NCBI GenBank assembly: GCA_030390025.1
Contig: CM059433.1
Coordinates: 6,636,001 to 6,700,000, forward strand
Direction of reading: 5' to 3'
Origin: Squalus acanthias
Taxonomy: Eukaryota
DNA: 64,000 nt
The stretch's first letter is position 1, and each line of letters starts with the position of its first letter. The notes beneath the pieces are model-generated. The model saw only the letters and a list, made by a program, of their open reading frames with translations, was not told the origin of the DNA and searched no databases. Shown piece after piece: positions 36,845 to 50,014 of the stretch. The translations under genes and the position numbers were made by a program.

Positions 36845-37577
36845 CTGCCATTCAATGGCATTACCATCACCAAATCCCCCACTATCAACATCCTGGGGGT
36901 CACCATTAACCAGAAACTTAACTGGACCAGCCACATAAATACTGTGGCAACAAGAGCAGGTCAGAGGCTAGGTATTCTGCGGCGAGTGTCTCATCTCCTG
37001 ACTCCCCAAAGCCTTTCCACCATCTACAAGACACAAGTCAGGAGTGTGATGGAATACTCTCCACTTGCCTGGATGAGTGCAGCTCCAACAACACTCAAGA
37101 AGCTCGACACCATCCAGGACAAAGCAGCCCGCTTGATTGGCACCCCATCCACCACCTTAAACATTCACTCCCTCCACCACCGGTGTACCGTGGCTGTAGT
37201 GTGTCCCATCTACAAGATGCACTGCAGCAACTCGCCAAGGTTTCTTCGGCAGCACCTCCCAAACCCGCGACCTCTTCCACCTAGAAGGACAAGGGCAGCA
37301 GGCGCATGGGAACACCGCCATCTCCAAGTTCATCTCCAAGTTCCCCTCCAAGCCACATACCATCCTGACTTAGAAGTATATCGCCGATCCTTCATCGTCG
37401 CTGGGTCAAAATCCTGGAACTCCCTCCCTAACAGCACTGTGGGAGTACCTTCACCACACGGACTGCAGCGGTTCAAAAAGGCGGCTCACCACCACCTTCT
37501 CAAGGGCAATTAGGGATGGGCAATAAATGCTGGCATTGCCAGCGATGCCCTGATCCCATAAACGAATTAAAAAAAAA
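36845..37577 (+). mobile_element. CR1-group LINE 3' fragment
   Basis: INILGVTINQKLNWTSHI...YKTQVRSVMEYSPLAW RT C-terminus and A-rich tail. Confidence 0.9.
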
Positions 37578-37964
37578 TCACAAAGTTATCACCCAGGGAT
37601 GAAGAGCAAAAGTCATTCAGCCCAGTAAATGAACTGCATTTGTTGAAATTGACCTCGGCCACAAGACCTTCTGTTACCTGACTGCATTTATTCTAACTAT
37701 ACACGGGGTGGTATATTTTGTGACAACTTTAGGATATTGCAGCTTTAAGTACTTGCAGCTGTTAAAAATGTAATTTATACTCCAGAATTTCCACTTAGTT
37801 ATGTATATGGAAGCTTAAATATAAGCATAATCGTTCAGCTACGGCAACAGAAAATAGTAAACACCGTACTGAAGTCCTTAAAGTCCTCCAAATACACGTT
37901 CTCAAGTAGCGTTCGTCAAATCATTTAAAAAATAAAAATAGGACAATATACTGCACTTTATATG

Positions 37965-38640
37965 GAGCCATTAGCGTACTTGCCTCTGAGTCAGAAGGTT
38001 GTGGGTTCAAGTCTCACTCCAGGGACTTGAGCACATAAAGCTAGGCTGACACCCCAGTGCAGTGCTGAGGGAGTGCTGTAGTGTCAGAGGTGCCGTCTTT
38101 TGGATGAGACATTAAACCGAGGCCCCGTCTGCCCTCTCAGGTGGATGTAAAAGATCCCATGGGCACTATTTCGAAGAAGAGCAGGGGAGTTATCCCCGGT
38201 GTCCTGGTCAATATTTATCCCTCAACCAACATAACAAAAACAGATTATCTGGTCATTATCACCCAGAGAGTGGTGAACCTGTGGAATTCTCTACCACAGA
38301 AGGCAGTTGAGGCCAATTCATTAAATATATTCAAGAAGGAGTTAGATATATTTCTTAAGGCTAAAGGGATCAAGGGATATGGGGAGAAAGCAGGGACAGG
38401 GTACTGAATTTGGATGATCAGCCATGATCGCATTGAATGGCGGAGCAGGCTCGAGAGGCCGAATGGCCGACTCCTGTTCCTATCTTCTATGTTTCTATGC
38501 TGTTTGTGGGAGTTTGCTGTGCGCAAAATGGCTGCCGCGTTTCCAACAGTGACTACACTTCAAAAAGTACTTCATTGGCTGTAAAGCACTTTGGGGCGTC
38601 CGGTGGTCGTGAAAGGCGCTATATAAATGCAATCTTTCTT
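37965..38640 (+). mobile_element. Deu-type SINE interrupted by a CR1 3' end (about 38260-38497)
   Basis: tRNA-like head (GGTTCAAGTC), Deu core and tail. The insert encodes TQRVVNLWNSLPQ. Confidence 0.85.
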
Positions 38641-39750
38641 TTTTCATTTTATAAGTACCGTGCATAAACAACTGTGATAAATGAGCTATGCAGCTGTATA
38701 AACTATTTGAGAAGGTCAACAATATCACTATAAACATTCGTTTAATAAAAACGGAGTCCGGCAGTAGATGTCATTCCTTCCATTACCTGCTACACTCACT
38801 CTCTCTCTCTCTCATTCTGTTACTGCGCTGAATTCGGGAGTATATTATAGTCCAACCCTGGTCTGTTCATGGTCTGGCATTAACTCCGGTTTCTCTCTCC
38901 ACAGATGCTGCCTGACCTGCTGAGTATTTCCAGCATTTTCTGTTTTTATTCTGACCTCAAGAACTGCTGGCGATGAGGATCTGGTTGGCACCGAATCGGA
39001 AGGTTGGCGCGATGTGATCTTTGGTCACGGTCCGGGAAAGTAACGGAGGGAACGCGTCCTGCAAGGAAGGGCAGTGCAGATTGGACTGTGTCAACCCAGG
39101 GCCATTTCAGTCGGAAAAGGTTTGTGATGGTCGGCAAACACCACCAATCCGTTGACGCACGGCTCCAGCCAACTTTGAAAAGCTGCAGCAGGGGTGGAAT
39201 TTATCTACCGGTTCGGTTGCCTTAGCGTTGTAAAAACAAACTGAATGAATGGCTTTGTCACTGATCTCTGGGATGCCCTTCGTCCCAAGAAGGAATGTGC
39301 AACTCTTTCACAAAGAGAAAATTCAATCATTTACCATCGGGACCCCAAGCAACAATTACAATAACTGAGAGCGCACAGCGCTATTTAAATCAGGTCAATA
39401 AAAGCCATAAAAGAGAACGATTATACGGAGTATCCTAGCAAGTGTTGCTGGCTGATCTTATTCGGGTTTAATAAGAAGGGATTTCCGAAAAAAAACACAC
39501 CCCGAAGATTTCTGATTACATTTATAAAAGTATTGACGATTGTAAGATCACAAACAACGGTGGCTGTATAAGGTAACGTTGTAGTTCTAAAGAAAAAAAA
39601 GAATTCAAATTAGCCATTTGATAACTCAACCACTCCACGCTAAAGCATAGGTGTTGGGCTCACTAACAGTATGATTTATTGACAGCTACATGTAGCTGTA
39701 GCTGCGAAATTGACCTGAAACTGGCAGATCTCTTTGTGGCTTGTTTACAG

Positions 39751-39807
39751 GTAGTGCGGGACCTGGAGGGAAGCACTTGATGTTTCCTGGGGTGCTGCAG
39801 TTTAAAG
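39751..39807 (+). CDS. Candidate internal coding exon of an unidentified gene: (G)SAGPGGKHLMFPGVLQFK
   Basis: TTGTTTACAG acceptor, AG|GTGAAT donor, phase 1-1, open frame that joins the next two exons. Confidence 0.55.
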
Positions 39808-40923
39808 GTGAATGCAATTACATAGGATTACATCGGATATACAGCACAGAAACATATAAGATCCTGAGGGGCCTGGACAGGGTGGATGTGGAGAGGATGT
39901 TTCCTCTTGTGGGAGAATCGAGAACTAGAGGTCACTGTTTAAAAATAAGGGGTCGCCCATTTAAGACAGAGATGAGGAGAAATTTTTTCTCACAGAGGGT
40001 CGTGAGTCTTTGGAACTCTTCCTCAGAGGGCGGTAGAAGCAGAGTCTTTGAATATTTTTAAGGCAGAGGTAGATAGATTCTTGGTAAGCAAGGGGGTAAA
40101 AGGTTATCGGGGGTAGGCGGGAATGTGGAGTAATCAGATCAGCCGTAATCTTATTGAATGGTGGAGCAGGCTCGAGGGGCTGAGTGGCCCACTCCTGCTC
40201 CTAATTCGTATGTTCATATGTACGTATAAACAGGCCATTTGGCCCAACCAGTCCATGCTGGTGTTTATGCTTCACTCGAGCCTCCTCCCGTCTTTCCTCA
40301 TCTAAATCTATCAGCATAACCCTCTATTCCCTTCTCCCTCTTATGATTATCTAGCCTCCCCTTAAATGCATCTATACTATTCGCCTCAACCACTCCCTGT
40401 GGTAGCGAGTTCGACATTCTCACCACTATCTGGGTAAAGAAGTTTCTCCTGAAATTCCCGATTCACCCATCCATAATACAGTACAGCAAATTTACTGGGC
40501 CAATATCTCACATGACTAACTCCAGGTGAAGAAAAAATTATACATCTTACTGATACTGAAAGGCACGCACCTCACAAATCTGTGTGTAATATTATTTACC
40601 TACCACTTTACAAAACTTGCTTACGATGCAAGTGACTTTGTTATTCCTTCTCCAAAACTTCTCAAGGGAGATCTTACAAACCCAAATACCTGCTTCTAAT
40701 GCATGAAGCTCTGTGGCTGGAATGGGAATTCATAAAATTCTGGGATAAATAGGTCATTTTCTGGTTGGCAAACTGTAACTAGCAGGGTGCCACAGGGATC
40801 AGTGCTGGGGCCTCAACTATTTACAATCTATATTAATGACTTGGATGAAGCAACCGAGGGTACTGTAGCCAAATTTGCTGATGATACAAAGATAGGTGGG
40901 AAAGCAAGTTGTGAGGACATAAA

Positions 40924-41790
40924 GGGCTGGATTTTACCAGCCCTGAGGAGGCGGGTTTGGAGGCGGGATTGCTGGGAAAATCAAAAAGAATGGGAGCGGG
41001 TCCCGAACCTGCTCCCAACCCGCCTCCAACCAATCTTCCCGGGAGTCGGGTCCCCGATTTGCGCAGGGACCCGACTCCTAGCGGCGGGAAGAGGATTACA
41101 GCCACTTAACTGCCTGTTAACAGGTAGTTAACAGACAGTTAAGAGGCTTTTTCCCATTTTGAGACTTCTGCTATGGGCTTCCCGACGTCGGGGAACCCCG
41201 CCAGGGTAAGTGAGGCGTGCTGTGGGTCTGTTGTAATGTTTGTGTATAGATGACAGCTGCAGAAGTGGTGTGAAGGATGCAATGGGACACTGGTGAGTAT
41301 CAGAGGTAAGGAGATGTTGGGAAAGTCATTTTCAATGTGTTTAGATTTTTCTGTAGGTGACAAGCCTTGAAGTGTTTGTGTGGCCTCACCTCATTGAGAG
41401 AAGTGACAGATCGCTTCTGTACCCTCACCTGCAGCTGCCATCTGTTTTATCCTAAGGAGAGAGTCATTGGAGAGCCGGAGTGCAAGGGCTCACCTTTGTA
41501 CAGTGATTGTCAGTGTTTGACAGCACCTCAATGCTGTCAAATACTGACAAATCATCTGTCAAAAATAAATGGTTCATGTCCCTTTAAGAAAACTGGTAGA
41601 TGAAGCGTCATCAACTGACGTCATCTGACTCCGGCTTTCCCTTAATTGGCCAGCAAGCCCGCAGGGTGGGCTTAACAAGACCAATCAGGGGAAAATAGCG
41701 TCTGTGCATCGGACGTCGCTGGAGGCGGGACTAGAACCCAGAAGGCAGCAGTCCCACACCCAACTCGTCTCGGCAGGTAAAATCCAGCCC
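40924..41790. mobile_element. Harbinger-type MITE family C
   Basis: Perfect 15-bp TIR GGGCTGGATTTTACC, TSD AAA. Confidence 0.9.
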
Positions 41791-42293
41791 AAAGAGTCTG
41801 CAAAGGGATATAGACAGGTTAAGTGAGTGGGCAAAAATTTGTCAGGTGGAGTATAATGTGTTAAAATGTGAGGTTATCCACTTTGGTCGGAAGAATAAAA
41901 AAGCAAATTATTATTTAAATGGAGAGAGACTACAAAATGCTGCGGTACAGAGGGATCTGGGGGTCCTCGTACATGAAACACAAAAAGTTAGCATGCAGGT
42001 ACAGCAAGTAATTAGGAAGGCAAATGGCATGTTGGCCCTTATTGCAAGGGGGATGGAGTATAAAAGTAGGGAAGTCTTGCTACAACTGTTGGTGAGATCA
42101 CACCTGGAGTACTGCGTACAGTTTTGGTCTCCTTATTTAAGGAGGGATATACTTGCATTGGAGGCAGTTCAGAGAAGGTTCACTAGGTTGATTCCTGAGA
42201 TGAAAGGGTTGTCTTATGAAGAAAGGTTGAGCAGGTTGGGCCTATACTCATTGGAAATTAGAAGACTGAGAGGGGATCTTATTGAAACATATA

Positions 42294-43037
42294 GGGCTAA
42301 AAACGTCGCCGAGGCACTACTTTTAGCGCCCCAGAAAAATTAGCGCCCCCGCACTGGAACTTGAGTGGTTGCGCCCCAAGAGAGAAGCAGGGCGCTACTG
42401 GAAGCACCCCGCATCCCTCTTGGGGTGCTGCGAGTCAATATCGCGGCGCTACGTGCCGCAGCGCCATGCACTGTGGCACGTCGCACTGCAGTATTGCAGG
42501 CCTTCCTCCCCTTCTTAAAGGGGAGGGGCCTTGCGCAGCGTGACCTTGGACCCAGCTGGGCCCCCGGGGTCAGGAGTGCCGGCAAAAGAGCCCGGCACTC
42601 AAGAGAAGTGCCGGGCTCTTGGAGCACAACCGGCACTCCGCGGGGGGTGCCGTTCAGGAGGCCGGGGATGGGAGCGGAGGCAGGTGCTGGCAGGCGGCCA
42701 GCAACAAAAATGGCCGCCCCGCACCTCGCCTTTAAATTGCACCTCCCCGGCCGCAGGTAGGCCCCCCTGACCCTGTCGGGCATAGCGTCTGGCGGTAAGT
42801 CAGGGGGCGCTCCTGAAGATCGCGGCTGGGGCACGAGCGGGAAGTTGCGCACGGCGATGACGTCATCGCTGGCGGTGCAGCACCACGGGGCGCCACCGGT
42901 TAGCGCTGCCGCTAACCTCCCGCTGAATTTCGCGGGAGACGTGGGCGGCGCCGCGCCCAGGCGCTGGTTGCTTTGCATCCCGTTAGCGCCCTAAGAGGAC
43001 ACTAACGGGAGGCGCAAAGCAACCCAATTTTTCCCCC
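42294..43037. mobile_element. Harbinger-type MITE, CpG-rich, right end shared with family A
   Basis: TSD ATA. Right end CTAACGGGAGGCGCAAAGCAAC..AATTTTTCCCCC as in family A. Confidence 0.85.
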
Positions 43038-43513
43038 ATAAGATTCTGAGGGGGCTTGACAGGGTAGATGCAGGGAGGATGTTTCCCCTCATGGGGGAAT
43101 CTAGAACTAGGGGGCATAGTTTCAGAATAAGGGGTCACCCATTTAAGACGGAGATGAGGAGGAATTTCTTCTCTCAGAGGGTCGTGAATCTTTGGAATTC
43201 TCTACCCCAGAGAGCTGTGGAGGCGGAGTCATTGAATATATTCAAGGCAGAGATTGACAGATATTTGAGCTACAGGGGAGTCAAGGGTTATGGGGAGCGG
43301 GCGGGAAAGTGGAGTTGAGGCCAAGATCAGATCAGCCATGATCTTATTGAATGGCGGAGCAGGCTCGAGGGGCCAAATGGCCCACTCCTGCTCCTATTTC
43401 TTACGTTCTCATGTTCTTAAAAACTACACTCTTCCCATTATAATATTTTGGTCTACCTCCCACATTGGATTTGAACTTGCTTCAGATGCAAGTATTTTAT
43501 TTATTTTGCAAAG

Positions 43514-43573
43514 GAGATCATTCCCCATGGTTCGAGCCTGGCGGGCTAGCTGACTCTGCCAATAGCATCAGAG
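43514..43573 (+). CDS. Candidate internal coding exon: (G)DHSPWFEPGGLADSANSIR
   Basis: TTTATTTTGCAAAG acceptor, AG|GTTAG donor, phase 1-1, open frame. Confidence 0.6.
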
Positions 43574-43784
43574 GTTAGCATTAAAGTGCCTTACGGACAT
43601 TGCCCTCTGACCCCATCACAAATGTCAGTCCCCTTTAGCATCACAAAAAAAAATCATCCCAAACAACACTATTAACTTGGGAACTGGCATGAATTCTTTA
43701 AAAGCTGAAATTGTGGGGGGCAAACCCACCCCATTGATGCCTTAGATTTGTTATTTGTAAATTGTCTGCAGGTTTATCAAAGTA

Positions 43785-44078
43785 CATGGTGGCATAGTGG
43801 TTAGCACTGTTGCCTCACAGTGCCAGGGACCCGGGTTCGAATCCGGCCTCGGGGGAGTTTGCACATTCTCCCCGTGTCTGCGTGGGTTTCCTCCGGGTGC
43901 TCCGGTTTCCTCCCACAGTCCAAAGATGTACGGGTTAGGTTGATTTGGCTATGATAAATTGACCCTTAGTGTTAGGGGGATTAAATACGTGGGGTTACGG
44001 GGATAGGGTGGGATATGTGTCGGTGCAGGCTCGATGGGCCGAAATGGCCTCTATCTGCACTGTGGGGATTCTGTGATA
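43785..44078 (+). mobile_element. V-SINE (HE1-like)
   Basis: tRNA A/B boxes (TGGCATAGTGG, GGTTCGAATCC) and V-core TGCGTGGGTTTCCTCCGGGTGCTCCGGTTTCCTCCCAC. Near-identical to 59481-59800. Confidence 0.88.
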
Positions 44079-44502
44079 CACTCTGGACATTGTAGTTGCA
44101 GAGCCGCATTGTGAGAACTGCAGCTTCTGTGATTCATCTTTTTCACACATACAGCATTTGTCAACAAGAACCAGAACTCTCTAGTTCTTTCCCACTGATG
44201 GTGTGGGAATTTGCGTTATCCTTGTGCGCTCCGCCTATAGGAGCAGGGTGACAAAATACATCTCCCATTACGCACCTCTCGATCACACACAAAGAAATAC
44301 ACACAAGACCCAGGTTCCTGATGGAATTTAATAGTTTAGGAGCTGGGCAATTGGAGGGACAATGGGTATTGGGGGTAGTGGATACTGGAGAGGGCGAGAG
44401 CAGAAGAGGTCTGTCCTCGTACTGCACCTAGATGCATTGCTAAGATAACGGTCATCAATTACAATGTTCACATTTTCCAATTATCAACGAATCACCGAGA
44501 AT

Positions 44503-44816
44503 CATAGAAGATAGGAGCAGGAGTAGGCCATTCGGCCCCTCGAGCCTGCTCCGCCATTCAATGAGATCATGGCTGATCATCCAAATTCAGTACCCTGTCC
44601 CTGCCTTCTCTCCATATCTCTTGATCCCTTTAGCCTTAAGAAATATATCTAACTCCTTCTTGAATATATTTGATGAATTGGCCTCAACTGCCTTCTGTGG
44701 CAGAGAATTCCACAGGTTCACCACTCTCTGGGTGAAGAAATTCCTCCTCATCTCAGTCCTAAATGGCTTACCCCTTATCCTTAGACTGTGACCCCTGGTT
44801 CTGGACTCCCCGGCCA
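44503..44816 (-). mobile_element. CR1 3' end
   Basis: ESRTRGHSLRIRG..RNFFTQRVVNLWNSLP. Confidence 0.88.
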
Positions 44817-45483
44817 TTAATTTGTATTTTGTTAGGAAAAAGCAAAATGAATTAAAATTAGGAGCAGGGAAGATACCGTCAGTCAGTCTCTACCTGTTTC
44901 TCTCTGTTTAGGTGTCTCTACTTTGTGTTGTCTCTCTGAGCTAAAAAAAATAAATAAACAGTTGATAATATAAAACACTGCCTGAAAAATGTATTCTGCA
45001 GCTCATCTGGTAAAACTCCAAAAAATTATTTTATGCCATTAGGATGTATGTTATTCCAGTTATAAATCTGACTGCCATTTACTCTGATAGAATCATACTG
45101 ATGCATGATAGGAAATTCAGCAAATGCTCAGACAGTGCTATTAAATTTTATGGATGGAAAATCATGCAGGGTGTGCTAACCTCCATGCCCAGATTTCTGA
45201 TATCCATTCCCATTGTCTGAAACTCTGCACTTACAACATTAATTTGTAATTAGATTTTATCATGGGGATCATTTATCAGATTTAAACATAAATAAAGCAA
45301 GTGATTGTCAGTCGCTTTCAAAATTCAATGTGTCTTTTAAAGCAAAATACACTCAAAAATAAGCTTTCTAGCCTAATAAACACAGAAGACATGCAGATTT
45401 CACAATTCTCTGATTAAAACTGTGCTAGCACAGCTTCTCTTTCTCAGCTTTTATTTCTTTCTTGCTCCCCCTCTCTGTGAAAG

Positions 45484-45635
45484 ATTACCTGAAACCAGTG
45501 TTTAAAAAATTCATTCTCCAGAATGATTTGGAAACACAAAGAAGCTGTGAAATCCATTTATTTACACATGAACAGCACAGGCTACTACTTGGAGAATTGC
45601 AACAAATGATAATTGAAAAGCTAGTGAATGTATGA
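45484..45635 (+). CDS. Candidate terminal coding exon: (D)YLKPVFKKFILQNDLETQRSCEIHLFTHEQHRLLLGELQQMIIEKLVNV*
   Basis: Long polypyrimidine tract plus AG at 45483, phase matches 43573, AATAAA at about 45722 and 45744. Confidence 0.6.
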
Positions 45636-46009
45636 ATCAAATATGAGGAAAACAATGAAGAACTACTAAGTATACATGAAAGCAACAAAGCAGGCATGAG
45701 CAGTCACCCAAATCTGCTAATAATAAAAAGAAGCAGGGGAGCCAATAAAATACCACCAAATATTTTTTGAAAATTCTTTTGGCTGCTATCTTGGTTTCTT
45801 CACTAAACAGAGGACTTACAACTAGAAATAAGGTTTGTAGCGTAAAAAAGATGTAAAAAGTACAAGATTTGCAGGAAAATAATTAAACTTACCTGTTCCA
45901 AGGCATTTTCTCTATTTAAAGTAAGTCTTAACAATGTTCTCTGTCGGCGGCCCAGACGTCTCTGATGCACTTAAGCCTAAGGCTTGAGTTTATGGGGTAC
46001 ATCTGTCTG

Positions 46010-46777
46010 AGGCTAAACCACACTGTTCACAACCTTGGTGTCATATTTGACCCTGAAATGAGCTTCTGACCCCATATCCGCGGCCTAACTAAGGCCGCCT
46101 ATTTCCACCTCCGTAACATTGCCCGTCTCCACCCTTGCTTCAGCTCATCCGCTGCTGAAACCCTCACCCATGCTTTTGTTACCTCCAGACTTGACTATTC
46201 CAACGCACTCCTGGCTGGCCTCCCACGTTCTACCCTACGTAAAGTTGAGGTCATCCAAAACTCGGCTGCCCGTGTCCTAACTTGCACCAAGTCCCGTTCA
46301 CCCATCACCCCTGTGCTCGCTGACCTACATTGGCACCCGGTTAAGCAACGCCTCGATTTCAAAATTCTCATCCTTGTTTTCAAATCCCTCCATGGCTTCA
46401 CCCCTCCCTATCTCTGTAACCTCCTCCAGCCCCACAACCACACCCCCCGCCGCCCCCGAGATATCTGCATTCCTCTAATTCTGCCCTCTTGAGCATCCCT
46501 GATTATAATCGCTCAACCATTGGTGGCTGTGCCTTCAGTTGCCTAGCCCTAAGCTCTGGAATTCCCTGCCTAAACCTCTCTGCCTCACTACCACTCTTTC
46601 CTCCTTTAAGACGCTCCTTAAAACCTACCTCTTTGACCAAGCTTTTGGTCACCTGCCCTAATTTCTCCTTATGTGGCTTGGTGTCAAAATTTTTTGTCTT
46701 AAAATACTCCTGTGCAGCGCCTTGTAACATTTTACTACATTAAAGACGCTATATAAATACAAGTTGTTGTTGTTGTT
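46010..46777 (+). mobile_element. L2-type LINE 3' fragment
   Basis: Homologous to 9245-9880, (TTG)n tail. Confidence 0.9.
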
Positions 46778-47092
46778 GAGGGAAGGGGAGTGAGAGAGAG
46801 TGACATTCGGTGTGAGGGGGAAGCGAATCAGTGTGTATAGGGAAAGACAGAGAGAGAGAGAAATGGGGATTGCATGAGAGATCATGTGTAAGAGAGATAA
46901 TGCATGAGAAAGAGACTTGTGTCAGAGAGAGAGAGAGATACAAAGAGCAAGAGTGGCATGGAGTTCCAACCATAATGAGAAAATGAAAAAGAAAGACATA
47001 CACGCCAAAAGAAAGAGAGAGCAAGATAGCAACTGTATGAGAGACAGTGAAGAGAGATTTAGAAAGAAAGAATGAAACAAAGAACCATCAAA

Positions 47093-47365
47093 TGAATTTG
47101 CATTTATACAGCACCTTTCATGATCTCAGGACATCCCAAAGCCTTTCACAGCCAATGAAGCACTGTTGAAGTGTAGTCACTGTTGAAGTGTAGTCACTGT
47201 TGAAGTGTAGTCACTGTTGAAGTGTAGTCACTGTTGTAATGTAGGAAACAAGGCAACCAATCTGTCCACAGCAAGCTTCCATAAACAGCAATGAGATAAA
47301 TGACCAGATAATCTGTTTTTGTTTGTGTAGGTTGAGGGGATAATATTGGTCAGGGCACCAGGAGA
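47093..47365 (-). mobile_element. Deu-type SINE tail with an internal 17-bp x4 tandem expansion (47161-47236)
   Basis: CACTGTTGAAGTGTAGT repeated four times within SINE sequence. Confidence 0.8.
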
Positions 47366-48214
47366 ATTTACACAAAGGGAATCAGAAGTAAACCCAACAA
47401 TATGCAAAGTGTGTGAGGTGGACAGATAGAGAGAAAAAGAGAGACAGAAAGTGTAGAAGATAAACAGGGAGAAGGTGAATGAAAGATTTACAGTGGGAGA
47501 CAAGCATAAAGACAGTTACAGGGACAGACAATTTTTTCCCAATTTTTTTGCCATGAATCGTAGCGATCAATATAATTAGGGCAAATGATTTATTGTGGCA
47601 GAAATTCAGGCCGGTTATGGGGATAAGGCTAAAATCTCAGGCAGTTGTGAGTTTTTAACACTCACTGCACTTTAATTTTAAGCAGAGGCATGTTTTAAAG
47701 TGCCCTTGTTCTACTTCTGTTTATCCAACTAACATTCAAAGAAGTTTCCAATTAGTTATTTTAACAGCAACCGTTGGGCTCACCAGCACTGTTTAAAATT
47801 AGAGTTTGGATTAAATTGTTGGTAAACCAAGTATATGCCGAGTGTGCACGCAATTGTGATAGGAACCAACTAAGCAGTTTGAGAGAGGCAGAGTATAATG
47901 CTGATTGAAATTGAAGTGCCAGTGAGTGGAGAAATGATGGGGAAATTGCACTCGAGAGTGAAAAGCATGGGCTTTGACAGGGGTTTTGTGCCTCAACACA
48001 TATTCGCCCTAACCATAGTAATACATGCTGCGTTCAAGTCATTATTAACCAACATATTTTAACTTATACAAAAGCAAAAATACTGCGGATGCTGGAAATC
48101 TGAAATAAAAACAGAAAATGTTGGAAATACTCAGCAGGTCAGGCAGCACCTGTGGAGAGAGAAACAGAGTTAACGTTTGAGATCGATGTCGTTTCATCAT
48201 CGACCTGAATCGTT

Positions 48215-50014
48215 GGGCTGGATTTTACGAACCTCAGCGGGTCCATGTCGGGCGACGTTGGTGGCAGGTCCCGGTCCCACTGTTGTATCCATCCCGGCCT
48301 CTGAAATGAATTTCCCTTGATTGGGCTTGTTAAGCCCGCCCAGCGCGTTTCCCAGCCAATTAGAGGAAGTGGGTCTGGTGACGTCATTTGATGATGCGTC
48401 ATCAGCTGGTTTCCTTAAAGGGTCCATGGCCAACTTTCTTTTGACATTTGTGCTGTCAGTGTTCTGCAGCATTGAGGTGCTGCAAACACTGACAAGCACT
48501 GCACAGAGGTACAGGGCTGCACCCAGGCTCTCCCATGACTCCCAGCACACAGGGAGGTCCTCTTCCCTTCCCATGGGTGAAAGAGACCTCCCTAGGAGAT
48601 CAACACAGCCTGGTTGCACATTGCACAGGAGGGCACAAGCAGAGATGTGGTCAGGAGGACCTGGGTGCAGTGCCGCAAACCTTTCAATGATCTCAGTAGA
48701 TCAGGAAACATTAGTACAAAGCCACAATCAACCTCATCCTGCTGTTTCTCTCATCACATCCCCATCACTCTGCCTTCCCTACCCTACTCCTGCACATCCT
48801 TACTCACACCAACTTACCTTGGACCTCCACTCATCTCTCTCTATCTACATTATCACATCCCCATCTCACTAGCCACCCCTCATACTCACCCTCATCCTAG
48901 TCCAATCATACCAACTAAGAACACACAAGGGTAGGCACTTGGGTACTTTATGCAATGTTCATGTAAAGTTTCTGTTAATGTGGTGTCAAACATTGAAACC
49001 TTTATTTTCAACATTTGCGTACTTGGACAGATTTGTGTGCACCTTTGGAAGTGGCTTAGTGAGTTGCAGTGAATGATGAGACATAACGGTACCCCCCGCA
49101 ATGGTGATGAGTGTGAAAGGAATGGCTTGGGTATTGTAGGGATGCTTTATGTTGTTGGTGTTGGGGTGGTGCCAACCTGGCGCATCATGTGGCAGCCAGG
49201 GTGTACAGCATCAAGTGAAGTAAATCTGGTCATGGTGAGGCCATCCCTGGCCTCCTGGGCAGCAATGTGGTTGGGTGCTGATGCCCTGTTTCCTGTGCAG
49301 CATCAGTTGATTGCGGAGAAGGTTGGTGTTGTTGTTGGTGCTGCTGGTGTGACTTGGTGTTGCTGGTGTGCCTGGTGCTGCTGGTGTGCCTGGTGCTGCT
49401 GGTGTGCCTGGTGATGTTGGTGTGCCTGGTGATGCTGGTGTTGGGGCTGATCATGGTGGGATTCTGAGGACCAAGGTGAGAGAGTTTCAAGGGCACCCAT
49501 GCTGATGGAATAGATGGCAGGTGAAGTAGAGATGACAGAAGCAATCTGTCAATGGTGGGAGAGGTAGTGAGGTCAGACTGGATGGAGACTTGTGTAAAGA
49601 CTTGCAGCATCCTGAATCTGAAGTGGAAATGCAGTTTAGAGAAGCTAGTGGCTAAGGGAACATTTCTCAATCAGCTGGGAGCTTTGACTTGACATTTGAA
49701 GCTGTCAATTCATCAGCTGATTCAAAGGCAAGTGACCTCCCGCCTCAGCTTCACAGACGAGGTCTAGGCACAGTGGGAAACCGGTGGGCGACCTGTCAAA
49801 TCCAAAAAGCTGTAAACAAGCCACTAATGATTTTAATTGCCTCCCCCGCCGCTGCGTGTCGGGTCTGCTCAACGCTGGCAGACCCAACATTTGGTAAAGA
49901 CGCGTAGCGGCGGGTTCACAGCAGGGTCCCGACCTGCTGGGAGGGTGGGGGGGGGACAATTTCCCACCTGACTCGCCACCAATCACACCCACTGACCCCT
50001 GCAAAATCCAGCCC
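48215..50014. mobile_element. Harbinger deletion derivative carrying a Myb/SANT remnant
   Basis: TIR GGGCTGGATTTT shared with family C, TSD GTT/TTT. RAAPRLS and RTWVQCRKPFNDL motifs at about 48510-48700. Confidence 0.82.

Larger units (their letters stand above)
40750..43415 (+). mobile_element. CR1 LINE RT/3' fragment split by two MITEs
   Basis: [18 protein letters not shown] at 40787, resumes 41794-42293 and 43041-43415. Coding sequence rejoins across both TSDs. Confidence 0.92.

Noticed and set aside
36653..37513. 286-aa ORF as a host gene
   Set aside because: LINE RT C-terminus with chance upstream read-in.
42340..42978. 212-aa GC-rich ORF / CpG island
   Set aside because: Lies entirely inside a TSD-flanked MITE. 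High GC explains the open frame.
49303..49500. His/Gln-rich ORF
   Set aside because: An 18-bp degenerate repeat inside a Harbinger derivative.
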